From positions 7,750,001 through 7,814,000 of the forward strand of contig CM022670.1 in assembly GCA_012295275.1 (NCBI GenBank): a stretch of 64,000 bases of DNA, read 5' to 3'. The notes under the pieces are model-generated. The model was given only the letters and a program-made list of their open reading frames with translations. It did not search any database and was not told the origin of the DNA. Each line of letters begins with the position of its first letter. Position 1 is the first letter of the stretch. This stretch comes from Chrysomallon squamiferum (Eukaryota > Animalia > Mollusca). Shown here piece after piece: positions 1 through 13,858 of the stretch. A program made the position numbers and the translations under genes.

Positions 1-2044
1 TCTACTTTATATATTATTAAATACGTTTGGGCTCTGTAGATAATTTGATATATGGCGTACAATTGCATCTAACCAGATCATACAGCGTACATATGTATAT
101 GATTGCATATATCTCACAGAGATTTCAGTTGAGGTTCTGATATATGACCAAGTTATTTCACTAGATAAATTACAGAATGATATTTCCATATCCCTTACAT
201 GTCCTAGATGTCTGCCAGATTGTAAGAAATACGTAAGTGATTTGAACAGATACAAAGTCCGACACGAAAACTCTGGTCTATACATTCAGATCACATCGCT
301 AAACACCTACTCAAACTGAGTTTTGGGTAAGCAACCTTTAGAGATAAGGTAATCAAAAGACGACATTTCGCCCACAGCAGAAACCCGATGACGGGGGATA
401 TACGCGAATTAGCAAACATCTTTTAGTCGTGTGAGAACGAAACAACAGTTCCAGCTCGAGTTTTTCTTCGACTGACATTTGCAGGTGATGGGAACGTTTA
501 CTAAATCATTCATTGATGTGTTCGACACCTGCCGCAGAGGCCCGATTAAGGTTAAAGAATACTAAACGTGTTCATAAAACAATGTGTACTGTAATGTATT
601 TTGCAGATATATTTGCAGTTCATCCGATTCTGCATAATTAAATATACATACATCGATAATTAGGTCTGTAAGTGTTTCTAAAAACATGCATTCACACAGA
701 TACCTTTACATAAATACAGACACACACAGACTTGCGCGCACACACACACGTTTCAGGCTAAAATACTACACATTAATAACAATACAACACTATAACTAAA
801 AGCAGTATTAGAAGGACTTAGGGAGTGATAATTTTATCTGTGTTATATTAATTCTGCTGGACGAGTGCGAAGCCAAGTACAAATGGTGAAGTATCGTATG
901 ACTAGAACTAAGAAATTGCTAACAGATGCTATTGCGTGTTTTCCTCACTACAGGTATGAACAACACGCAGCACACTGTATAATACCTATGAGGGCTAATG
1001 CCATGTCAGATAGTATTAAGCGGTTTTATCAATCTGAGATAAATTAGATATTGAATTGGTTCTGTTTTATTTAGAGCAGTAGGACAGATTAACAAAATAT
1101 TTACAAACTGAATACACATTGATTATTAATATACATACTTACATTCAGACATGCATACACACACACATACACACATATATACACACAGACACACATTTAT
1201 ATATATTTATTTTTGAATACATGTATATTTTGACGTAAGTAACTAGATAAATTTATATTAATTATTACATAATACATAAAAACATACATATATGCATATA
1301 TACATTCAGACTGACAGAGATTAAGAAAGAAATATACACAGATAGAGAGGTAGTTAATTAGAAGGATGACGGAGAGACGGTCGGATGGATGGAAGGATTG
1401 TTCAGGAATTAGGTACGTAAGTAGACAGACGTACAGAAATATAGGCAGAAAGAGAGGAAAAAAAAGAAGAAGAAGCAGAAGAAAGACAAGACAGATGGTG
1501 TGTATATATATGTTATTTGTGAAATACAGTTATTACACTAGTTAAAGACGTGTTTTGTAAGTATGTATGTAATGTTTGCTTTACGAATGTCCAAAAGAGG
1601 GAAACTCACAACTAACGTGCGTGATTAAGCGAATGCACACAGCTATTCACTTTGCGTGCATGTATTGCTAGTACAACATTCAACAAATAACTGACTATAT
1701 TTCCAGCTGTTCTTTTTTGTGTGTGATTGCATCGTAGCATGACGGTTTTCTACCATGTCAACGTTAATAAGGAAACTAGAGTGATGTATGTATGTGTAAA
1801 TGTGTGTTCATATCTGTCTGTCTGTCTGTATGTTACTATGTGTGTTTGCGTGTATGTTTATCGACATATCAATCCAACAACCCATCTACCCACTCACCCA
1901 CAATCCCATTTTCATTTATCCATCTTTCCATCCTTCTATTTCTATCCATATCTCTCTGTCTGGCCATCTGGCTGTTTTTAAAGGAGAACAATTGGATTAG
2001 CGATCATCTGTAAACAAAATTATTTTAGGATGGGCCTGCTCTAC

Positions 2045-2047
<3 letters not shown>

Positions 2048-2126
<79 letters not shown>
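2048..2126. repeat. (AT)n microsatellite
   Basis: Perfect dinucleotide run. Confidence 0.97.
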
Positions 2127-2131
<5 letters not shown>

Positions 2132-2875
2132 GTCTTCAAATGTTAATATTAAAATTATTAAATTTATTGATGTATAAGAAAGGAAAAACCGCTGTCTCTT
2201 GTTTATAAGTTTCTCCTCTTTGATTAGGAAGAAGTGTTAGTGTACCCTCCCACGGACAGGAAAACACCAATCATAGCTTCTGATTTAAAAAAAGAAAACA
2301 AAACAAGTTATTATGTGATAGAACCTGGAGCTGCATGTTACTCCAGAATCCGCAAACCTGCATAAAAATGGGCAGATTAGCGCGCTGTATGTTACTCTCT
2401 GGAAAAGACATTATTTTTTTTTTTTTTTTATTTTTATTTTTTGTTGTGTTTGTTATAAATTACGATAAGCCACGAAAGCACTTTTGAATGCACCGCCCTA
2501 TATAAACTGGGCTAATAATAGAAGTACACGCAACACCAGAAAGCACCAGCATGTAAGAAGTATGGGGAATTATCGGGCCCACGTTAATGAGATTATCAAG
2601 TGGAAGATCTGAAACCGACACGACAAGAACGCTGCTTATCAATTCTTCACGTATCCAAGTATGAAGCGTGCAGTTTGTGCTGGAGATGCTCCATCAGTCA
2701 TTGTTGTTTTAGCATGCTTTCAACATGACACTGACAAACTTTTATTAGACTCCGAGCTGAGCGCTTCCACCACTCCATAATTAGCCCCGTTTCTTCCGCA
2801 CTCGAGAAACACGGCAGTGACTATTTATATGCTAATGATGAAATGAACAAAGCAGCAGAGATTAAGTATGCAGCG

Positions 2876-3330
2876 GACAGGCAGACAGAGAGACAGACAG
2901 ACAGACAGACAGGTAGGCAGGCAGATAAACAGATAGGCTAACAGACAACCAGATCTACAGGACAGAGACATACACAAACAGACCGAACGACACTTCAGAC
3001 AGACAAAGAGAGAGACAGACTGTCAGACAGACAAAGAGAGAAAGAAAAGACCGACAGACAGACAGACAGACAGACAGGAAGTCAGAAAGACCGACAGACG
3101 ACCGACAGAGAGACAGGTAGATAGACAACGATAGAAAAATAAATAATAGCCAAAATTTCCGACAAATATGTAGAAAGCCAAATGGATAGCTAGATAGAAA
3201 AACTGCCAGACAGACAAACAAACACAAAAGCAGAAACGTAGACAAGCAGGGACAGAGGGAAGCAGACTGAAAGATATGCACGCTGGCAAAGAGGCAGGCA
3301 AACGGACACACAGGAAGTCAGGCAGAAGAC
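2876..3330. repeat. Degenerate (AGAC)n/(AGGC)n tetranucleotide tract
   Basis: Directly visible; source of the spurious LSVC-type ORFs. Confidence 0.9.
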
Positions 3331-4614
3331 AAATACATAAAGCCAGTTAGTACTTACATTCTCTACTAAAACAAAAAGAGTGTGAAGTAGAAGAAGAAAA
3401 AGAAGATAAAAGAGAAAAAGAAAAACGATTTAATTGACTGGTATTCTTCAACAGTAGGGGTCGTCATTAACCTGGTAACTCTATCCCAGATTGTTTGCTG
3501 GCGCCACTTCTTGAAAACGTGCTTAAACACAGTGGGACCACTCAGGCTGAATTATGATGAATAGTCACTAATGTTCCTGAAGTGTTGTTTAGTTTTCTTG
3601 GAAAATTCTAGAAAAATATGTGCTTTCAGTTTAACAATTATATTGCTTTTATTTTTGTTTTTAGTTACAGTAATTTTTTTATTATATATATATTTTTTTA
3701 AATTTAACCTTGATTTAACCATTTTGCTTTTGCTGTTGCTGATGCTGCTGCTGTTGCTGTTGCTGCTGCAGTTGCATTGCTATTTGCAAAACAGGAATTA
3801 TATAGTGACTAAGATGACAAAGCCATTTTGTTGTGATGTTAATTATGACTAAGCTGACCATTATACTGAGACTGCTGATAACGATGACAAATTTCATGTT
3901 TACGTCAGCGACGAAAACTCATCTCTTACTCTGCCAAGAGATATTAATGACAATGCCAATAAAAATATTGTCTTAAGTATTCTCAGAATTTATTGATAAC
4001 GAAATAAGAATAAACAGAATATTCTAAAATTCAATATGAGTTTCAACGTAATGATGATGTTTCAGCTGACTGTTGCAAATCCAGCCTTCAAATGTCATAA
4101 TTGTATGATATTCAGTGCAATGTCAGGGAGGTATTGCATGCATCCACACTTGGCACATGTTGCACGTGCACACAGGTAATTACATATGGAACACGAGAGT
4201 TCCGAAACACACGAGTCACCGGTTCACACGAGTACATCTGCCCAAGCTAAACCTTGAGAAATGCAAGCTTTGAGATCTTGAACATCTTGCTACGAGTGTT
4301 TGTTTATTCTCTGGACTGTTCCACTCAAAACTAAGGGCCAAATTTACTAAGCCAAGCGTAGTTTGTCGTTGTTACTGTTGTAATTTTTTTTTTTTTTTTT
4401 TTGTTGTTGTTGTTGTTCTTTTTTTTTTGTTGTTGTTGTTGTTGTTGTTTTTGTTGTTGTTGTTGTTGTTGTTGTTATTTTCTAATTTCTATTATTGTTT
4501 TCTTACCAGACTTGTGAACGTAACGAATAAACGTGTGTAAGATCAAAATTATTATTATGGTATGTAAATTCCACCCATTTTTCTCTTTCTTTCTTTCTTT
4601 CTTCCTTTTCTCTT

Positions 4615-4645
<31 letters not shown>

Positions 4646-5258
4646 TTCTTCTTCTTCTTCTTCTTCTTCCTCTTTTTTAGAACCTCTAAAGATTATCAGT
4701 GATTGGCTTCATTGGCGTGAAAGAACATCTGAGGAACTAAGGTTTTATGTTTCATCATAACACTGCACAGTAGCAGAGAGTGAATCTGTTTGTGTTGTAC
4801 ACAGATAAAGAGAGAAAATGAAAGACTCACCGGTTAACAATGTGGTAGTTAAGATCTGCAAGATCTGATAATCGTTTCAGAGACCGCACGTTCATTCTAT
4901 ATAATTATATTAACATTTGATACAAATCAGTTTTTACTCGTTCCAGCCAGAACTCCGTGGCAAAGATTTGATGCTATTAGGTAATAAAAGTGAATCTGCT
5001 CCAAGCCTTTGCGGGTTTCCTCTCTCACATAATGTATGAAAAAAACAAATCATCGTTAATATTAAGATGATTTCACGAAACGTCCGTTATCTTAACAACA
5101 CAAGATGTGAAGAAGGATGATGCAGCTAACTTATTAACATGGACGTAGCTTTTTCAAATGAAATCTGTAATGATGATGATAGTTGTTGTAGTTTTTCTGA
5201 CTATGTATGTTTTATTTATTCAGTTTATTATTAATATTATTATTATTGTTGTTGTTTA

Positions 5259-5307
<49 letters not shown>

Positions 5308-6202
5308 GGCAATGAATTTTTATTCTTAATACAAATATGTGAACATATGTAGTAACTGTTTAAATAACAGCTATTATCCGTTGATATTATTATGTTATGT
5401 TAATACTAAATTATAAATCAAACAATTACTTCTAATACTATTAGGTTAAAACGAAAGAAAAAACCTGTTGGTAATTCGCTTTAATTATTAGTCGCTCTGT
5501 TCTGTACAATTCGTAACATCTCCATGTGATGATATAATGCGAGAACTGAATACAGATAAGTGATATTAATTGCAACATTTAATCTCAGCACTAGATAAGA
5601 AACGCGTCGATTTATGGAGTGACGTAACAGAGCAGCAGAGAGCATCAGTTTCACGAAACCATGGCGACAGGTGCGGCTGGAAGAATGTCAAGAACTCTTA
5701 AATCATAAAACAAGACAAAGAAATCTTTCCGCATTAACTTCCGCGTTGCACGTGCAGCATTTATCCCAACAGTCCCTAAAAGTAAGTCACGTTTGTCACT
5801 GTGAGTCATGGCGGCACTTTAATAGCTAAATCAGCGATATTCTTCGAGAATGTAAAACGCTTAGCTAAACTCACAAATCATTATCTTCAGGTGCTAGCAT
5901 AATTCAAATTATCGGTTTCTCAAACAAGCATGGAGGTTATTTTTGAAAAGTAATAATAAAAGTGATGACAATGATGGTAATGATAATGATGACGATGATA
6001 GATAAATATTGTTTTTGATAGGCAATATCTTTGGTAAGTTTTCACTGTCAGAAACCAGCAGGGATAACACATTGTCTATTCAATTATTTTAAACTGTTCT
6101 GAACAGGTGCCAAGGCCATTTCTGTTTTAACCCTTGCTCTACAATTATTTTTTGACAGACATTTATTTCCACTGGATAAATTTTCTAATAAATTCAATGT
6201 TT

Positions 6203-6203
<1 letters not shown>

Positions 6204-6289
<86 letters not shown>
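6204..6289. repeat. (CT)n microsatellite
   Basis: Perfect run; similar tracts at 11514-11587, 23782-23864, 29897-29948, 35883-35933 and 36468-36533. Confidence 0.97.
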
Positions 6290-6291
<2 letters not shown>

Positions 6292-7540
6292 GTGTGTGTC
6301 AGACACACATTTTTACTATAAAGACGACAAGAAAGGAAGCAGACATACCGCTCATTTTAGAAGGAATCTTTTGCATCATCTTTCTAAAGATAGTAAAGTG
6401 CGCAAACCATGGCCTTTGATAAACTAGTTATGGAGCACTGATCGGAACCGGAAAAAAGCTCAGATAGCATAAAAAGAACTGATTGCATGACAGTTACTAA
6501 AACTGCAAAATTATCTACACACAAGCGAGAAATAAAGGACCTTCGTGTTCAAAGGTCACAGAATACTGCATCTGGTCAGCAACAGTAAATAAACATTTGG
6601 CCCAAGTTAAGCGTATTTGTCTTTGTAGCAGCTACGTAAATTGAAGTAACTATTTACGTATAGCATACATGGGAATCCATGTATTCTCTCTCTCAGTGGG
6701 AAACGGTTCTATTATGTTAATTGAACAACACATGCGCGCGCGTGCATCAGCAGACCTTACTCCTGGTGTCGGGTTTCGTTTAGCTGCAGAGTCGACACTA
6801 TTTCTGGCGATGCCAGCGATCTACAGGTATGCTAATGAAGTATCCGGAAAAGCCAAAGCAAAATACTGACTCTGTATCGCTTTTGTCTGTAGACGTAAAT
6901 ATGGCTGAAGCTGAAATCTCACGAAGCAGAAATGTAACAATACAGCTTTCCTAAAGACTGACCGTTTAGAAAGTCTGCATAAAAATTGTTTTAAATACTC
7001 CTGTAATTTGGATTTTTATTGTAGGTGAAATAATTATATTTTTTGTATATTTCATACATTACGGATTTGTAATCTGGCTTTAAATTAGTTTCACACTGAT
7101 CTGAATCATCAGTTTATTTGTATACTTAATACCTAATAAACAACATTCTTTCTTAGTTAATTTATTAGTAGTAGTAGTAGTAGTAGTAGTAAAAGTAGTG
7201 TTTTATTATTATTATTTTGTCGTTGCTGTTGTTTTGTTCCTGTTTTTTGTATTTTTTCTTATTTACTTATTTTATCTTTTTATTTATTTATTTATGTACT
7301 TTTACTTTTTCAATTTTGTTTGTTTGTTGTTGTTGTTTCTATTGTGTGTTTGAAAATCCTGTCTGTATCAATTACAGTTTAAACCGAGGATAGTTTATTT
7401 ATTTATTTATTCCTCTGAATACTAAGCGAAAGTATTAAATATCCAGCAGTTGAATAACAGATAAATAATCAGTTTAATTTCGTATAAATAACAAGAACGA
7501 CGACGACCACTGCAACATCAACAACAACTACAACAACAAC

Positions 7541-7596
<56 letters not shown>
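7541..7596. repeat. (AAT)n microsatellite
   Basis: Perfect run; similar tracts at ~5263-5307, 8281-8345, 10827-10878, 12622-12669, 16028-16104, 43968-44017, 56413-56465 and 59084-59185. Confidence 0.95.
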
Positions 7597-7597
<1 letters not shown>

Positions 7598-7867
7598 TTC
7601 ATTAAACAGCAACTTTTCCAACAGTTTAAAAGTAAACAAAAATCAGTAAATTTCAGAAGAAAAAAAAATTAAAACTTCAAAACATATATATGTCAAACAG
7701 TAAACTGAAATATCAACACAGAATATAAAGATGGAATTTAATGGTCTTGCTCTTACCCAGTTACCTTTGGATCTTAAATCAGAAACTTACAGCTAAAAAT
7801 GGTAATTATAATATCGTAATTTTATTGTGTATTACTGATATTTTGAGGGGTTAAAAATAAGGGACGT

Positions 7868-8076
7868 AACCGAATACTAAATGTACCAGTGATATCCAAC
7901 AGTAATCTCCCTTGTCAACCTTTAGAAGAAAAACAAAATAAATTCCGTACTATTTTCATAATGAAAACAATAAACATTAACCGAATATAAAATATACCAG
8001 TGATAACCAACAGTAATCTCCCTTGTCAACCTTTAGAAGAAAAACAAAATAAATTCCGTACTATTTTCATAATGAA
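7868..8076. repeat. Tandem duplication, period ~111 bp
   Basis: AACCGAATA..CAACAGTAATCTCCCTTGTCAACCTTTAGAAGAAAAACAAAATAAATTCCGTACTATTTTCATAATGAA occurs at 7868 and again at 7979. Confidence 0.9.
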
Positions 8077-8295
8077 CATTTGATCATATCGTAAATAATA
8101 CCCTCATGAACCCTCATTTAATATTCTTTATTTCATGTCATGTTTACAGTCTGTCCAATAGCTTTACGCACTGATAACAAAATTATTCACTTTTTTATCA
8201 CTTTTATTTTACTGATTACAATCAGTTTTTCTGTCTTCTTTCCCTTACCAGTTACTTCCCTTTTCTAGCTTTAATTTTTTATTATTATTATTATG

Positions 8296-8345
<50 letters not shown>

Positions 8346-10825
8346 GCCAAGTAATGAATAACTTTTATAGCAACAGTTTAATTTTAGTATCATATAATAT
8401 TAGAAATACCATTATTTGACATTTATATATCATTAAAGAAATATATCATTCATTCTACGATCCAGCTCATAATGACCATGAATAACAAAATCATTCATGT
8501 TTGTGATTCGTAACTATTTTTATCGATGACAGAGAATTCCACATTAAAATTAGTCACACTTTAGATCTTTTATTGGTTATTTTTGTTTATTCAAGTTATA
8601 TCACAGATAACAAGATGACAGTTAACGGTAAAATGATGTCATTATTCTAGCTTATACTCAAAGGTTTCGACAAAAGTATACACAACCTTTTTCAAAATAA
8701 TCTGATCAAACTAATTTAGTTCTGCTCATTCAACAGACATACACAACAACAACAAAAAATAAAACTAAATCCGTTAAGAAAAAGCATCATCATATTTAAT
8801 CACATTTATAACTCACAGTTTCAATGCAATTGCACAATATTATGACAAAAAAAAAAAAAAAATTCTGACTAGAGAACAGGATATCACATACAAAATAAAC
8901 ATAAGCTGCATTAAAGCAATAAAACAAAAATAATAATAATAATAATAAAATAAAAAAATAAAAAAATGAAATTAAAGCCTGTGATCCTTCAGGTGCTTAT
9001 AGAGGGTGTGCTAAGATATGGGTGGTATGAACACAAGACATAGGAATATATTGTAGATTTTTAGCTTCAATTTTTTTTTTTTCACTCCTATCAGAATTAT
9101 ATTTTAGCTTTAGTATTTTCATCCCAAGATATATACAGTACATTTTTAAGCTTGTTTTTCACTTCTAACAGGAATATATTGTATATTATTTACCTCAGTT
9201 TTTCTCACAATAGATATATTTTCTGTTTCTAAAATATAAACTCACAAAAATCAAAGGTTGCTGTATATTTAAAGAATACTTTTTTAAAAATTAGCTAAAT
9301 ATCTTTTGTAAATTAAATTTCCAAACAGAAAAACAACAAAATGATATCAAATGTGTATGTACCTCATACAAATAAATTTTAAAAAGTTAAATAAAATTTT
9401 TAAAAATATATTTTTAGTAAAATAAAAAATAAATAAATACAGTCTGAAATAAATGTCATATTTGATTTCATATATGAACGAAAAACAAATTCCAGTATTC
9501 ATGTTCTAATATGGTACAGGATTTTATTGAATCCATATTCACACTTGTGTATATGTGAACATAATATATACTTGTTAGAGTGTTTGTGTTTTTGTGTGTG
9601 AGAACATTGTAATGTAAGATTGATTTAAATCATCATTAAGCTTTTGCTTTATAGATTAAACAAAAACATACACAGACACTCATATTTTAGCTCAGTAAAT
9701 ATGTAGGCAATCATTTTAAAATGAGTAATACATTCTAATACAACTAATATCTATATTTGAACAAAGAATATACTCTGAGATTTTATAATAATATATTCTG
9801 AATATGCGTAAGTCAGTTTTGAGGTAACAGTACTCAAATCTTTAGAAAAGCTAACAAAAAAATATATATATTTTAACTCTGAACCTACAACTAGATTTGA
9901 CACTGACATTTTGTTTTTCTCTCTCCATTTATCTTATTATCCATAATAAATAAGAGTTTTGTAATTCCCCCTATGAAAAACAAATTTACAAACTAGAAAC
10001 AAAAATAATAACAACAATTATCGTTATTTTTATCTTTCTGGATAAAAAAAAAATATTCCTTTGAAATTTCTTTGGTAATAATTGTTTCTAAAATTTATGT
10101 TCTAAACACATTTAACAAACAAATGTAAAAGAATTATCAAAAAACAAATAGAAAATAAATAAATAAAAAATAATAAAAGTAAAAATAGAATAATAAACAG
10201 TTTTGATTTTGAAAAATAAAATATTTCACATAACTTTCTCTGCAGTTAATAACTTTCAGTAAATATACTCCAACCTAATTTTAATTTACAAATTTCATTT
10301 AAAATGAGATCCTGCACATCAGAAATCCACCACATCTATACTTTTTATAGATTTATATATATATATATATATATAAAGCATCCATTCTTCTTCATAAAAG
10401 TATGAAATTTTATGGAAATCTCTCTATGGCTTCGAAAGACATTGATAATTCAGTATGGCTACCAGAGAGATTTCCATTCTTATAAAAAGGAAAAAAAAAA
10501 AAAAAAAAAAAAAAAAAATGACATGAAGGATACTGTTTGGTGTAGAAAAGATAAATGAATTTTATATATTTATGTATCTCCCATTCTCAGGTATATACTA
10601 TGTCATAAAGTCAGTTATTTATCTTTTACCTAGAACTACGAAATATTGTGCAGCAAAAGAACAGTTTTGACATATCTAAATTTGATGACCACTGAAAAAC
10701 TGTTTTTCTGTTTTATGGACTGAAAATCACAATTTTGTAAATTTTTGGTACTGTGACTGATTCAGATAGCTTAAAAAATTTCTTTTACAAGTTAGAATCA
10801 AAATATATTTCTTAACAGCTACCAA

Positions 10826-10876
<51 letters not shown>

Positions 10877-11509
10877 TAATTAAATAAATAAATAAATAAA
10901 TAAACAATGTTGCACATATAATGATTGAATAATGTAAATTATGATTAAATCAGATGTAATTACCTAATATAGCACAAAGACGACTTATGATTAAGTAGTT
11001 TCTTTACCTTCCATGGCAAAGTTGTACTGAAAATGTTATAACACTCAGTACATACATGTTGAATCATTCATAAAAAACATGAAATTACATTCATGGTATT
11101 GGCATAATAAATGTAATACATTTGCTACCTTCATTCACAGGTTTTAAGTTTGATATTTGGTCCTTATGAAATGTTTTAAGCTAAAATTTAGTTTAAAAAA
11201 ATGTGTAGTTCTTTAAATTAAATTTCATACAATGATTATAGTGTTGTAAAGTTTCAACATAATGAAAATGATTTAATTTTGGTTAGATGTATGTTATTAA
11301 AAATGTTTTTTCTTTGTAAATAACTAGTAAACCACTAATAAATCTTTTCAAATGATATATAGAGAATTCTATACCACAAAAAACATGTTTACTTTTTAAC
11401 TTTGAAAAATTAAATTAAATCAATTATATATATTCAAAAGACAAACATGAAATGATAGGACGTTCATGTATTTTAATTTTGTAGTGGATTTTTGATTTGA
11501 TAAACGTAA

Positions 11510-11590
<81 letters not shown>

Positions 11591-12619
11591 AAATCTGCAC
11601 TTACAAGCAAAAAGAACATTTAGCTGAAAATACATGCTATAATTTAAAGCAGCAGTTGTCTATTTTGTATCAGATTTTTAAAGTTTTAAATGCTGAAATC
11701 TGACTATTCTGACAAAAATCTTGCCCATCCTAACATCATAAATAATTCAGAACACTAACAGCTTTTTTGAAAACTGAAATAGTTTATCTGAAATCACAAA
11801 ATCCAAAAAGCTCAGAAATCCTACTTTTTTGAGCAGCTGAGACAGTGTTAGAGTTTTCATCAGATGTGGCATTGACAAACCTTATTTCACCCACAAATTT
11901 ATTAGAAATATTAATTAAAATATCTGCAGACTATATATAAAAGATATATATGACAAACAAATGAATTTTTATTTAATTACTCCGATGATATTTTAAGGCT
12001 ATCTCCTTATTCTCTCAAATACTAAATATTTTAAAAATTCAAAAATCTGGTCCCAAGCATTTTGGTTAAAGGGGTCCTCAGTTTGTTTTAAATATTTTAG
12101 TTCAAATCTGAGCCGTGAAATTCATTATATTAAAATATCAATCCCTCAAGCATCTTATTTTGATAAAAGAAAATTATTTTGTCTTTGATTGAATAATTTT
12201 GTCTTTTTGTAGAGAAAATAAGCAGGTAATGACTCAAGATATTTACTTTATCTTTTCTAGCTGGGAAAGACATCTACTCTTCAATCATTTATTGCAATCA
12301 GTAAGTGGAAACCAAGGTAACAGGTAAAGTTATTCTCTAAAATGTACTTCATCATATTAGTTTATTCCCTCAGGTTAATTGGTGTGCTTTATTATTTTAC
12401 TTCAAAGCTCAATATGACTAAAGGGAAATAATTTTGTAAACAGAAGGATTAATAGCAGATCTAAGGTATACAATTTATGTTGTAAACTAAATATGGTATT
12501 TGTTATTAAAAATAATAATAAAAGTCAAGCTAGGATTCATTATACATATTATTATTGTAAAGTATAAACCTGAGATTTTGGCATAATAAATAGCAGCACT
12601 AATTTTCTTTATAAACATA

Positions 12620-12671
<52 letters not shown>

Positions 12672-13179
12672 GTAATAATAATAATAATAAAAGTTATAAT
12701 AATTATATAATAGTTATATTCATGAGGCAGATTATATTTCATATTTGATTTCTGTGAGAGATAGAATTTTAAACATAATAATAAAATAACAATAATAATA
12801 ATAAAATAATAATAATAATAAAATCAAATTTTAATATAAAATTAACTGTTCTCCAAGCTATTTTAAATTAAGCAACTGAAAATGAAGTATCCCATTTTCA
12901 TACATTTTCATGCAGCATATACAAAATAAAAAGAAGTGTTTTTACAAATAAAAAAAAGGAACAAAATACACCTTTTTTTTTCTTTTTTTTTTTTTACAGG
13001 TGAACTTTTTCACTGACACAAAAATCACAATATGCACATTTGATAAGGAATATTTATCAGTTTATATCCACAATGACACAAGAAATTTGTTTTATAAGAA
13101 ACACGTAGAAGTTTTGTATGACAGCTGATCACTGTACTGGATTGTTCAAACTATCAGGTCTTCCAGCTATGTGACCAGT

Positions 13180-13252
13180 CTGAAATTAGAAAATATACAT
13201 TTTATTAATAGTATAAACAATAACCTAATAATAGTAATAATAAATATACTAA

Positions 13253-13283
<31 letters not shown>

Positions 13284-13288
13284 ACTAT

Positions 13289-13373
<85 letters not shown>

Positions 13374-13851
13374 CTTTATGAAAGTGTTTTATAATTACAT
13401 TAGGCACAAATTAATAATTTTTGTACAAATTTAACTGTTCTTAGATATATTGGAATACTGTCAAGGGAAGTAATTCTGCAAATACTAAGCTGTGATTGTA
13501 TAAAGAGTTATGGACCCTAACATTAAAGAACTATTGCAAATTTAAAAGAAAAAAAATCACTTTTTGATTTGGGTATGTATGTATACATAAAGTTTTATAT
13601 TAAAAAACCTTTTTACTATGGTACAATTTATTTAAAAAAATAAAAATAAAAAAGTAATCTGTGAATTTTAAATTGTTTTCTAGATTTATGAAGCTTGCAC
13701 AATATATGTTTCTGTCACTTTGTAATAGCAGTAGAATAAAAAGAAGTTATTGTAAAATGTTTTAACAGAAAATAAAAAGAAGTTATTGTAGAATGTTTTA
13801 ACAGCCATTAACACAAAAAGATAAAAACTCTAACTGTAATACTCCACTTAC
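13180..13851 (-). other. Probable 3'-UTR intron of ANKRD50 starting 7 nt after the stop codon
   Basis: Donor AAA|GTAAGT at 13852/13851. Strong acceptor TATATTTTCTAATTTCAG|ACT at 13180/13179. The interval contains trinucleotide microsatellites like the other introns. Confidence 0.55.
13735..13804. repeat. Tandem duplication, period ~36 bp
   Basis: AATAAAAAGAAGTTATTGTARAATGTTTTAACAG occurs twice. Confidence 0.85.
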
Positions 13852-13858
13852 TTTCTAG

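Noticed and set aside
7-285. 92-aa minus-strand ORF at the window start
   Set aside because: No recognisable motif or convincing splice sites; cannot be supported.
2490-2835. TATA-like motifs on both strands (TATATAAA ~2499; CTATTTATAT ~2821) in a CpG-rich patch
   Set aside because: No linked exon or ORF was found, and such motifs are too common in AT-rich DNA to call a promoter.
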